A stretch of 64,000 nt of DNA. Source: Marinifilum sp. GTDB taxonomy: Bacteria > Bacteroidota > Bacteroidia > Bacteroidales > CG2-30-32-10. Made by a program: the position numbers and the translations under genes. Shown here piece by piece: positions 11,308 to 20,294 of this stretch (the stretch's first letter is position 1; each line of letters begins with the position of its first letter). Location of the stretch: assembly GCA_020718065.1 (NCBI GenBank), contig DYDE01000001.1, positions 754-64,753 on the forward strand. The letters run 5' to 3'. The notes below the pieces were generated by a model. The model did no database searches and was not told where the DNA came from. It saw nothing but the letters and a program-made list of their open reading frames with translations.

Positions 11308-12513
11308 TTGAAACCCATACTCGAAATACAAAATATCTCAAAAAAATTCCGCATTGGTGGAGATAGCGGAGGATACAAAACGTTAAGGGACAACTTATTT
11401 CCAAAAGACAGAAAAAAAAAGGACAAAACCGAGTTTTGGGCACTACAGGATGTTTCTTTCGATGTTTTTCCTGGTGATACCATTGGCATTATTGGCAAAA
11501 ACGGTGCAGGCAAATCTACCTTACTGAAGATCCTCAGCCGTATTACCCCTCCTACCAAAGGAAAAATTATCTGTAGGGGACGTATTGCTAGTTTACTGGA
11601 AGTAGGTACCGGTTTTCACGGAGAACTCTCGGGCAAGGAAAACATTTATCTCAATGGCTCCATATTAGGTTTAAAGAAAACAGAAATAAATAAAAAGTTT
11701 GATGAAATAGTTGACTTTTCTGGTGTTGAAAAATTTCTGGATACCCAATTAAAACATTACAGCAGTGGAATGCAACTAAGATTAGCATTTGCTGTTGCAG
11801 CACATCTTGAGCCGGAAATCCTCATTATTGATGAGGTATTGGCTGTGGGGGATGCGGAGTTTCAGAGAAAGTGTTTGGGAAAAATGGAAGAAGTTGGAAA
11901 TAGTGGAAGGACAATTATATTTGTCAGTCATAATTTGCCTCAATTACAATCTATTTGCAAGCAAGGAATACTTTTGGAACATGGCAGTATTAAATTTAAT
12001 GGTAAAACAAACAAAACTATTACTGAATATTTAAGGGCGAAAAATGCTGAAGGGGTAATAGATGTTATTAATATGCCAAAAGTGATTAAAAGTGATTTAT
12101 TTCAAATAAGCTCTTTTCGTTTTAAAAAGAATAAAGATTTTTTTGAACAAGAAAATATAGAAATGATTATTTGTTTTATAGTTACGGGAGTTATCAATGA
12201 GTTAAATATTGGTTTCTCCTTATCTGATTTGTCCAATAATTTATTAATTGAATGTAGGTCATCAGGAACCTATCCTTCATATGATGTTAAACCTGGTGAA
12301 TACGAGATAGCATTACAAATTAAACCCCAATTAAAAAATGGAGTTTATTATTTAAGTTTAGGCGCAAACTGTAGCAGTGGCAACCTTGAATACATACCAC
12401 ATGTAGCCGAAATTGAAATTCTTCCAACTCTCACGAATATTGAACTATGGAAAAACAACTCAAATGGCTTGTTAATAACTAATTCTACCTGGTCTATTAA
12501 TCAAACAAAATGA
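11308..12513 (+). CDS. ABC transporter ATP-binding protein, polysaccharide/O-antigen exporter type (Wzt/TagH-like) with C-terminal extension
   Basis: Walker A GKNGAGKSTLLK, signature YSSGMQLRLAFA, Walker B ILIIDEVLAVGD, H-loop VSHN. About 150 extra C-terminal residues, as in Wzt glycan-binding domains. Confidence 0.85.
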   Translation: MKPILEIQNISKKFRIGGDSGGYKTLRDNLFPKDRKKKDKTEFWALQDVSFDVFPGDTIGIIGKNGAGKSTLLKILSRITPPTKGKIICRGRIASLLEVGTGFHGELSGKENIYLNGSILGLKKTEINKKFDEIVDFSGVEKFLDTQLKHYSSGMQLRLAFAVAAHLEPEILIIDEVLAVGDAEFQRKCLGKMEEVGNSGRTIIFVSHNLPQLQSICKQGILLEHGSIKFNGKTNKTITEYLRAKNAEGVIDVINMPKVIKSDLFQISSFRFKKNKDFFEQENIEMIICFIVTGVINELNIGFSLSDLSNNLLIECRSSGTYPSYDVKPGEYEIALQIKPQLKNGVYYLSLGANCSSGNLEYIPHVAEIEILPTLTNIELWKNNSNGLLITNSTWSINQTK

Positions 12514-13184
12514 AACTATTAACAAAAATATTGCTGAATTTTAAAGCTTTAAGGGAATTGCTATATTTAAAAAGAAATGAAATGATTCAACGTGAGATAA
12601 AATTATCTCACGAATACAATGGTATTTATAAGGAATATGATAGTGATAATTTCTCAGGATCATCAAAAATTGGAAATTACTCTTATATTAACAATAGTCC
12701 TTTGATTGCAAATTGTGAAATAGGAAAATTTTGTTCTATCGCCCCCAATGTTATTGTGGGAATTGGAGACCATCCAATTAATTATGTGAGCACAAGCCCT
12801 ATATTTTACTCTGCTATTGCAGTATGTGGGAAATCTTTTGCCACTAAAAACCATTTTGCAGAAACAATGCCAGTAATTGTAAAAAATGATGTTTGGATAG
12901 GAGCAAATGTGTATATAAAAAATGGAGTTACAGTTGGAAACGGTGCAATCATTGCAGCAGGAGCAATAGTAGTAAAAGATGTTCCAGATTATGCTATTGT
13001 TGGTGGAGTTCCAGCTAAAATATTAAAATACAGATTTGAAAAAAATCAAATTGATAAATTACTTGAAATAAAATGGTGGGACTGGCCAGAAGATAAACTT
13101 ATACTAGCCCAGCCTCACTTTGTTAATGAAGATATAGATGAATTTATAGAATGGAGTATGAAAACAATGGATACACCTAGCTAA
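12510..13184 (+). CDS. Hexapeptide-repeat (left-handed beta-helix) acetyltransferase
   Basis: Hexapeptide repeats IGANVYIKNGVTVGNGAIIAAGAIVVKDVPDYAIVGGVPAK. 4-bp overlap (ATGA) with the upstream ABC ATPase gene. Confidence 0.8.
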   Translation: MKLLTKILLNFKALRELLYLKRNEMIQREIKLSHEYNGIYKEYDSDNFSGSSKIGNYSYINNSPLIANCEIGKFCSIAPNVIVGIGDHPINYVSTSPIFYSAIAVCGKSFATKNHFAETMPVIVKNDVWIGANVYIKNGVTVGNGAIIAAGAIVVKDVPDYAIVGGVPAKILKYRFEKNQIDKLLEIKWWDWPEDKLILAQPHFVNEDIDEFIEWSMKTMDTPS

Positions 13185-13219
13185 AAAACTTAAATTTCTG
13201 TTACAAAACTGTTTTTTTA

Positions 13220-14149
13220 ATGATAAAAAGAATTCACAAATCAATACTTAGACGAGCAAAAAATATTAATACTATATTTTTAAAACTAAATTGGGTTTTT
13301 AAGAAATGGTTATCTTTTGAGCATAAAGAAATTGTTAGGGAAGTTTCAGTTATTATTGTTGGTCGCAATGATAACTATGGTGGTGATTTTAGTAAACGGC
13401 TGCAAGTTACTTTTGATTGGAATCTTAAGCATTTTCCAAATTCTGAAATTATTTATATAGAATGGAATCAAATTAAAAATAGAAAAAGTGATTGTGAATG
13501 GATAAGTAAACGATATTCCAATGCCAGATGTTATATTGTTTCTGAAGAAATCCACAAGTGTAATTCATCAATTCCAGACAAAATGCCTGTAATGGAATAT
13601 TTTGCAAAAAATATTGGAATCAGAAAATCAAAAAACGATTGGTTGCTAATGATTAACGCTGATGTTTTCCTTGGAAATGATTTTATTGGCAATATGCATA
13701 AGCTTAATAATAACACAGTTTATGCTTCTCATTATATTGGAATAAAATGGAATGGGGAAGAAATAAATGACAAGATTATTAAAAATAAAAAAATCAGAGT
13801 TGTCAACTTTGCAGCTCCTTTTTCTTTGGGCTCAGTGGTTGGAAATTTAATTTTAACGCATAAAAAAAACTGGCTCTTGGCTACTGGATATGATGAAAGA
13901 CTTACTAATGTCAGGGCAGGTGTTGACACAAATGGGCTAAATCAATTACTTAACTTAGGTTTAAGAAAACAAGTTATTGGGCATCATTACCATTTAGACC
14001 ATACCGAATCTATTATTCATGGAAGCAATGTAACACATGGAAATCATGCATTTAATAATATACCTTACAAAAACCCTGATAATTGGGGATTTTTAGATTA
14101 TAAAGAAATTGAAATTGGCGAAAGAATATGGCGGTTAGAAAAAATTTAG
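13220..14149 (+). CDS. Putative glycosyltransferase (GT-A-like), weak assignment
   Basis: VSVIIVGRNDNYGG near the N-terminus and MINADVF (DxD-like) are reminiscent of the GT-A fold. Embedded in a glycan operon. Confidence 0.4.
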   Translation: MIKRIHKSILRRAKNINTIFLKLNWVFKKWLSFEHKEIVREVSVIIVGRNDNYGGDFSKRLQVTFDWNLKHFPNSEIIYIEWNQIKNRKSDCEWISKRYSNARCYIVSEEIHKCNSSIPDKMPVMEYFAKNIGIRKSKNDWLLMINADVFLGNDFIGNMHKLNNNTVYASHYIGIKWNGEEINDKIIKNKKIRVVNFAAPFSLGSVVGNLILTHKKNWLLATGYDERLTNVRAGVDTNGLNQLLNLGLRKQVIGHHYHLDHTESIIHGSNVTHGNHAFNNIPYKNPDNWGFLDYKEIEIGERIWRLEKI

Positions 14150-14937
14150 TTTTAGGAGGAAGCGGAACTATTGGCTCTGCTTTATGCAATCATTTGATTG
14201 CAATTGGTGAAGAGGTTATAAACCTCGATATTAAAGAAGGTTTCGATCTTCGTATAATGGATATTGACAATTATATGAATGTTGATTATGTTTGGTTTCT
14301 TGCATGGGATGTTGGAGGAGCAAAATATCTTTACAATACAGAACATCAAATAGAAATACTTAAAAATAATACTGGTATTTGTCGTCATGTTTTTCATTTT
14401 ATTGAAAAATATAAAATTCCATTTATATTTGCATCTAGTCAACTAGCAAATACGGATAACAGTTATGGGATAACTAAGCTTCTTGGTGAATTATGGACAC
14501 AACAATTAGGTGGAAAAACTGTTCGTTTCTGGAATGTTTATGGGTGGGAAAATCCTTCTGAAAAATCACATGTAATTCCAGATTTGATTATAAAAGCACT
14601 AACCGAAGAAAAAATAACCCTTATCACCAATGGACTTGAAGAAAGACAATTTATTTATATTGAAGATTGTGTTAGAAATCTGATGAAAATAAGAGATAGT
14701 AAATTAAATCTTTTTCACCTGACAAATGGTAATTGGATGCATATTAAAGATATTGCAAATAATATTGCCAACAAACTTAATGTCCCTTTAATTGTGGGTA
14801 ATGATCAAGGATACTCCTATAAAGTTGATCCTGATATTACTTATAAAATATTTGATTTTAAAGTTTCAATTGAGACTGGTATTGATATTTTAATTAAAAA
14901 AGCAAAAGACTACTTAGCTTCAAAAAATGGTTGTTAA
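14128..14937 (+). CDS. NAD-dependent epimerase/dehydratase (short-chain dehydrogenase fold)
   Basis: Rossmann motif LGGSGTIGSAL and catalytic YxxxK (SYGITK). Overlaps the upstream gene by 22 bp. Confidence 0.75.
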   Translation: MAVRKNLVLGGSGTIGSALCNHLIAIGEEVINLDIKEGFDLRIMDIDNYMNVDYVWFLAWDVGGAKYLYNTEHQIEILKNNTGICRHVFHFIEKYKIPFIFASSQLANTDNSYGITKLLGELWTQQLGGKTVRFWNVYGWENPSEKSHVIPDLIIKALTEEKITLITNGLEERQFIYIEDCVRNLMKIRDSKLNLFHLTNGNWMHIKDIANNIANKLNVPLIVGNDQGYSYKVDPDITYKIFDFKVSIETGIDILIKKAKDYLASKNGC

Positions 14938-15562
14938 ATTTATTAATTATTTACGTTTTAAACGATGGTATTTTCTTGGCAGGTTTAAAATAAGAAAAAA
15001 AATCAAAAGAGCTGCTAAAAAAGGAATTATTAAAGTATTACTTGGAAGTGCTGATACCAATTATGAAAATTGGATATCTACTGATTTGCCTCATTTTAAT
15101 ATTACCAAAGCTTCAGATTGGAATTTTTTTTTCAACAAAGTTAAGATTAATAATCTTTTAGCCGAGCATGTATTAGAACATCTCATTAAATCGGATGTTG
15201 ATATTGTAATCAGATTAGCTTATCAATATTTATCTAAGGGAGGTTGTTTTAGAATTGCTGTACCTGATGCTTGGCATCCCAATCCTGAATATGTGAAAAG
15301 AGAATCAGATACCTCAAATTACTATCCACCTCCACATAATCATAAAAGTTTTTGGAACATAAAATCGCTTTCAGATCTTTTGATTTCAGCAGGGTTTACA
15401 GTTGAATATCTAGAATATTGTAATGCAAAAAGAGAAATAATACCTTCAGGATTTGATTTTAATAATGGACCAATAAATAGAAGTATATCAAAAGGATTTA
15501 AATGTGAAATGGATAATTATTCCTCTTTGATAATTGATGCAAAAAAAATAAATATAACCTAA
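14927..15562 (+). CDS. Putative SAM-dependent methyltransferase (type 11/23-like)
   Basis: LAEHVLEHL and GGCFRIAVPD resemble the post-motif regions of class I methyltransferases. No clean GxGxG motif seen. Overlaps the upstream gene by 11 bp. Confidence 0.45.
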   Translation: MVVKFINYLRFKRWYFLGRFKIRKKIKRAAKKGIIKVLLGSADTNYENWISTDLPHFNITKASDWNFFFNKVKINNLLAEHVLEHLIKSDVDIVIRLAYQYLSKGGCFRIAVPDAWHPNPEYVKRESDTSNYYPPPHNHKSFWNIKSLSDLLISAGFTVEYLEYCNAKREIIPSGFDFNNGPINRSISKGFKCEMDNYSSLIIDAKKINIT

Positions 15563-15592
15563 GTGCTGGCTAATAAGTTTATATAATAATAA

Positions 15593-15623
15593 AAAGCCTA
15601 CCTAACAAATCAGGTGAGGCTTT
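15593..15623 (+). terminator. Weak hairpin downstream of the glycan operon
   Basis: AAAGCCT-ACCT ... AGGT-G-AGGCTTT stem with a one-nucleotide bulge, 30 bp after the stop. The T tract is short, so terminator function is uncertain. Confidence 0.35.
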
Positions 15624-15820
15624 CTGATCGATACAATTACATTGTTAATAGATTTATGGTACTCCTTTCAATTTCAGTTCTCATCATAACAATTATTCAT
15701 GCCTGGTATTTCACTACTAATCATGAATTAATATTTACAATCTATTCTTAATTTCACATTCTAACAAATTGCCTTACAGGTTATTTCCATTAACAAATAT
15801 AAAATCAAGGCAATTTTTCT

Positions 15821-16240
15821 TAAATCGGGTAGGTTTTTACCTTAAATCGGAGTGATTTGATGTCAAGTCAGGTTGATTTGATGTCAAATCGGGTTGGTTT
15901 TACCTTAAATCGGAGTGATTTTACCTAAAGTCAGGTTGATTTGATGTCAAATAGGGTTGGTTTGATGTCAAATCGGGTTGATTTTACCCTAAATCGGAGT
16001 GATTTTACCTAAAGTCAGGGTGATTTAAGGTAAAATCGGGTTGGTTTTACCTTAAATCGGATTGATTTGATGTAAAGTCAGGGTGATTTGATATCAAATC
16101 GGGTTGGAATGACATCAAATCAAGTTGGTTTGACATCAAATCGAGTTGGTTTGATATAAAGTCAGGTTGATTTGATGTCAAATCGGGTTGATTTTATCAA
16201 AAGTCAAGATGATTTATTCTCATATTGGGTTGGAATGGAA
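15821..16240. repeat. Tandem array 1: 20 units of exactly 21 bp (consensus about TCAAATCGGGTTGATTTGATG), 63-bp super-period
   Basis: I counted the units one by one: 15821, 15842, 15863 ... 16220, with no indels. Many units contain inverted arms TCAAATC-N5-GATTTGA. Junctions give GATTTGA-TG-TCAAATC. Confidence 0.9.
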
Positions 16241-16402
16241 AAATTTTACCCAAATCAACTTTTAATAATTCTTGGGACTTTGTAGTCAAATATTTCTTGC
16301 CACAAATCCACTAATTCAAAAACTTGAAAACTGGGAAACCAATAAATAATAAACCTCAAATATTGTTTATAATATTAAAAAGTCAAAATAATTAATTTTT
16401 AT

Positions 16403-16438
16403 AGATACAATTAAATAATTTGTATCTTTAGCTACTGA
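16403..16438. promoter_or_regulatory. Imperfect palindrome about 90 bp upstream of the kinase start (candidate operator or RNA hairpin)
   Basis: AGATACA-attaaataatt-TGTATCT, 7-bp perfect arms. Extendable to AGATACAATT / AATT(T)GTATCT with one bulge. Confidence 0.25.
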
Positions 16439-16527
16439 ATTATGCTATTGTTTCAATATTATACTTAAACAATAATCTATTTTAGAACAACATTTATAAT
16501 CTTAAGACCAACTTAAAATTAAACATT

Positions 16528-18726
16528 ATGGCCGAAGAAGACAAAACCCAATTGTATGGTGACAATTTAAATAACAAAACCGGAATTTACAACACTTCCG
16601 GCAACAATAAAACAGAAGTTTATTCCACGCAGGAAAACAAAAGCCTAAAAACATCGCAGGGCATTAGCGTAGGTGATAAAATAAGTCTCAAAGAAAAAGA
16701 ATACACTGTAAAAAAAATAATATCTGAAGGAACAGGTGAAGCAAATGTTTATCAGATTGACGATAATTCAGGTAATAAACTTGCACTAAAGTTATATTAT
16801 GAATTTAAATCCGAAACAGAAGAACCCAATGGTATTGCTCTCGAAAGAATTCAGAAACTAAACGATCCGGATATACTAAGATTAATTGATTTTGGTATTG
16901 GTACTGATAAGTATAATAGCAAAAATTGTTTTGAGATTTCAGATTATGCCGTAGGAGGCAATATACTTGAAGTTGCTGATTTTAAAAAAAAATATTCGCC
17001 GAAGTTTGTTGAAGAGAATGTTATTCCACAAATATATTTGGCTATTACCAAACTCCATGAATATAAAATATATCATTGCGATTTGAAACCAGGCAACATT
17101 CTTTACAAAGATCAGGAACAAACCGATATTATTATAGGAGACTATGGATCAGCAAAAGCATATGATTTGAAATCGGAAAAAGGTCTGCGAAAATCTACAA
17201 CAATTAAAGGTACTGAGTTCTACTTACCACCCGAACAGGCAAGAGGTATTGTCTCGGAAAAGAATGATTATTATTCATTTGGAATGGTTTTGCTTCATCT
17301 GATTTATCCTGAATCTCTCACATCTGACAGTATCTGTAGAGAAATAGATAAAGACAAATTCGAACAAATCGTTGAAAGACAATACAATCTTAAACCGGTG
17401 ATTGATTTTAATCCCAGAATGAAGCGATTAAATGTTCTAATTGAAGGTCTTACGCTGGTTAATCATATTAATCGTTGGGGGGCTGAAGAAATAGAAAAAT
17501 GGTTAAAAGGGGAAAATATACAGGTTTCTTATCGAACAAAAGGTGCTTCAGATGTAAAACCTTTAATAATTGGACCTGCAGAAATTTCAAATGCTGAAGA
17601 ATTTATTTCTTACATAGAATCGAAACAGACCTGGTTTCAGGATCTTTTTGAGGATCCTGAAGTATTTAAATATATCAGAGACTGGCTTGATAATTATATC
17701 GGAATACCCGACCGCAAAAGATTTGAGAAAGTTGTTAGCATTTATAAGTTGTCTGGAAAGCTTATTTTACAAGTAGCAATAACTTTATTCCTTCTCCCAC
17801 AAAGACCATTGAAAATTGATGAGATGGAGTTTGACTTTTTTAACACCAATAATTTATCAAAAACAATTTCTGATTTTATAGCAAAAATCGATAGTATTTA
17901 TAAGTTTACTACTATTGAAATTCTTACAAAGTATTTTTTTCAACTTGAATACTCCCTTAAAGCAATGCATTATCAGAATCCGGAAAACCAAACCATCCTC
18001 GCTCTTCTGAGTAAATTATACAACCCTCTTTCCTCTAAAACTAAACTTACAGAGGAATTCGACTTTAAAACCTTCTTACCCGCTCATATTATTCCAGCAA
18101 AAGGTCAACATAATTATGAATACATGATATGGGTTTTCAATGCATTTAATAAAGTAAGACCCTATCCTGATAATAACAATAAGCCTATTGAGCTTGCTGA
18201 AGATCTCACCGTATTCTACCTGAAAAATAAAAAACTCTATGATGATAAATATCATACTTTTGAAAGAAATGCATTACTGAAAAGCTTTAATTTGAATGGT
18301 TTTGCAAACACCTCATTATCTGAACTGGTTGGCAATACGCTTTCTAAATATGCAGAATCCGTAGTAAATATCGATTATATTTCTTTTGACAAGATATGTA
18401 ATGTTCATTATTCCATTATCAGTGTGCTCAACAGCTATCTTAAAGTTTTTGGTATTGATGAAATTATTTCTTTTAATGAAAAAAAAGGATTTATTTATGC
18501 AGAACAAAATAAAGGGTCTGCAAATAAAGCAGCAAAAGCATTTATTGAATACATCAAAAACGAACACAGAGAAGCAAGCTTCTCGCCAGAATCTATAGAA
18601 AGCATCAAAGCAAACTTCATTAAAGAACATAAGAAATTCAATCTTATGAATAATGTTGTAACTGTTGTTGCAACAATTCTTATTGTTATTATGTTAATTG
18701 CGATAATTCTAAGACTCGCAAGCTAG
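16528..18726 (+). CDS. Tail-anchored Ser/Thr protein kinase with a ~400-aa uncharacterised C-terminal region
   Basis: Hanks-type motifs: glycine loop SEGTGEANVY, lysine in LALKLYY, catalytic loop YHCDLKPGNILY, GDYGSAKA (DFG equivalent), GTEFYLPPEQ (APE equivalent). Single C-terminal TM helix VVTVVATILIVIMLIAIILRLAS. Confidence 0.85.
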   Translation: MAEEDKTQLYGDNLNNKTGIYNTSGNNKTEVYSTQENKSLKTSQGISVGDKISLKEKEYTVKKIISEGTGEANVYQIDDNSGNKLALKLYYEFKSETEEPNGIALERIQKLNDPDILRLIDFGIGTDKYNSKNCFEISDYAVGGNILEVADFKKKYSPKFVEENVIPQIYLAITKLHEYKIYHCDLKPGNILYKDQEQTDIIIGDYGSAKAYDLKSEKGLRKSTTIKGTEFYLPPEQARGIVSEKNDYYSFGMVLLHLIYPESLTSDSICREIDKDKFEQIVERQYNLKPVIDFNPRMKRLNVLIEGLTLVNHINRWGAEEIEKWLKGENIQVSYRTKGASDVKPLIIGPAEISNAEEFISYIESKQTWFQDLFEDPEVFKYIRDWLDNYIGIPDRKRFEKVVSIYKLSGKLILQVAITLFLLPQRPLKIDEMEFDFFNTNNLSKTISDFIAKIDSIYKFTTIEILTKYFFQLEYSLKAMHYQNPENQTILALLSKLYNPLSSKTKLTEEFDFKTFLPAHIIPAKGQHNYEYMIWVFNAFNKVRPYPDNNNKPIELAEDLTVFYLKNKKLYDDKYHTFERNALLKSFNLNGFANTSLSELVGNTLSKYAESVVNIDYISFDKICNVHYSIISVLNSYLKVFGIDEIISFNEKKGFIYAEQNKGSANKAAKAFIEYIKNEHREASFSPESIESIKANFIKEHKKFNLMNNVVTVVATILIVIMLIAIILRLAS

Positions 18727-18757
18727 CTTTTTTTAATACTATCAAAAGATTTAATTT

Positions 18758-20293
18758 ATGAGTGGCCCCAAAGTTATAGTATATAAAATGAACGCTTTCG
18801 ATGGCAGACTGAACGAATTTATGCGAAAACAAGCTCAGTTGGCACAAATGTGCATCGAAATGCAAGAAGCAGAAATAAGTGATGAAACTTTTAACATCCA
18901 TTTCAATTGCAAAGAAAGCTATGATAAAATAAAGACTGAAATTCAAAAAGCTTTAACAAGCATGGTTTTTGATTACAAAGGAACTATTGATAAAAAAACA
19001 TACGATTCGATTGACAATCAAATAAAGGAGAGAACTCAAAAATTAAATGAGGTTATCAATAAAAGCGAAACAATACTTTCTGAATACAATAGCAAGCAGA
19101 AAGACTATAAGTCTTTCTTAGATTATAATTTATTTGTACAGAATGCGCAGAATTCTCTTGAAAAATTCAAAACAGATACTAATGAAAACCTAAATACTAA
19201 TTTTGCAAAACAAAATGCTGTTTTGGTAGAAGAAGCAAAAAAGAAATACGGAACCATCGTTTATGAAAAAGCAAGCAAAGAATTTACCTGGGGTTTCGAC
19301 AAAATCGTTGAGAAAGAAAAAAATATGGTTGTCAATCACCTGATTGAAAAAGAAAACCTCATCAGAGACATAAGGCAGGAATTAATGGATAAAGTAATTG
19401 ATACTGATACTAAACAAAAAATTACCGCTACCATTAAAAAGAAAGTTGTAAAACCTTCAGAGGAAATCAATACTATTACCTTAAAAATTGAAATACTGAT
19501 AAACAATTGTAACGAAAAAACTATCAGCAATAATTACAGTAAACAATTCAACAAGCTCAAACAAAGCGAAAGTATGAACGATTTGTTTTTTTATCAGGAA
19601 CTACACGACAGGATTTTGGAAAATGAAACAAGTCGAAGGCATAAGCTAATTGTGAATGATATTATTGCTCATCTTAATTCTTCCAGTATTGATATTTCAC
19701 TGAATCAGGATAAAAAATTAATGCTTCAGAAAGCCATAAACTTATTGAACAATGCTAAGATCAGCGAAAAAGAAGCAAACTGTCTGAAAAAAGAAACTGA
19801 ATTGTTTTTTATAAGAAACAGAAAAGCAGCAGAAGATCGAGAAATAAAAAAGAAAGAACAACTTTTTGTAAAAAGCCAGATCATTATGAATTTCGAAAAT
19901 CTCGGTTATGAGGTGATGGATGACCTGAAAGTAATAGATTTCGAAAAAGAAGATGATTTTTATTTGAAAGCCCCCGGACAAGAAAACTTACTTAATATAA
20001 AATTCAAAGAAGATGGTTCTTTCAGATATGTTTTTGAAATACCTGAAAAAAAAGAAGAACTAAGTGTTGATGAACAAAAATTGAAGCTGCACGAAATGCA
20101 AACAACCTGTGATGATTTTGTTGCAATACTCAATGATCTTAAACAAATGGGGGTAAACGTAGAAGTTAAAAGTGACAAGCCAATTGAATTAAATTCGATG
20201 ATCACCATCCCTGAAGTAATAAGTACAAAATTAAAGACCCAAAAATCACAAACCCAACGCAAACAACAATTAAAAAAACTATACTTAGAATAA
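18758..20293 (+). CDS. Lys/Glu-rich predicted coiled-coil protein, unknown function
   Basis: 511 aa. Long heptad-like charged stretches. No enzymatic motif recognised. 31 bp after the kinase gene and 1 bp before the AAA+ gene. Confidence 0.6.
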   Translation: MSGPKVIVYKMNAFDGRLNEFMRKQAQLAQMCIEMQEAEISDETFNIHFNCKESYDKIKTEIQKALTSMVFDYKGTIDKKTYDSIDNQIKERTQKLNEVINKSETILSEYNSKQKDYKSFLDYNLFVQNAQNSLEKFKTDTNENLNTNFAKQNAVLVEEAKKKYGTIVYEKASKEFTWGFDKIVEKEKNMVVNHLIEKENLIRDIRQELMDKVIDTDTKQKITATIKKKVVKPSEEINTITLKIEILINNCNEKTISNNYSKQFNKLKQSESMNDLFFYQELHDRILENETSRRHKLIVNDIIAHLNSSSIDISLNQDKKLMLQKAINLLNNAKISEKEANCLKKETELFFIRNRKAAEDREIKKKEQLFVKSQIIMNFENLGYEVMDDLKVIDFEKEDDFYLKAPGQENLLNIKFKEDGSFRYVFEIPEKKEELSVDEQKLKLHEMQTTCDDFVAILNDLKQMGVNVEVKSDKPIELNSMITIPEVISTKLKTQKSQTQRKQQLKKLYLE

Positions 20294-20294
20294 T

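Noticed and set aside
11295-11558. 87-aa minus-strand ORF overlapping the 5' end of the Wzt-like gene.
   Set aside because: It is antisense to the Walker A region of a well-supported ABC ATPase and shows mirror-image conservation only. It is not an independent gene.
15821-16240. Possibility that the regular repeat arrays (here and at 32675-33136 and 56656-56949) are CRISPR arrays.
   Set aside because: Units abut each other with no unique spacers. The 21-bp period is shorter than a CRISPR repeat plus spacer. No cas genes are in the window.
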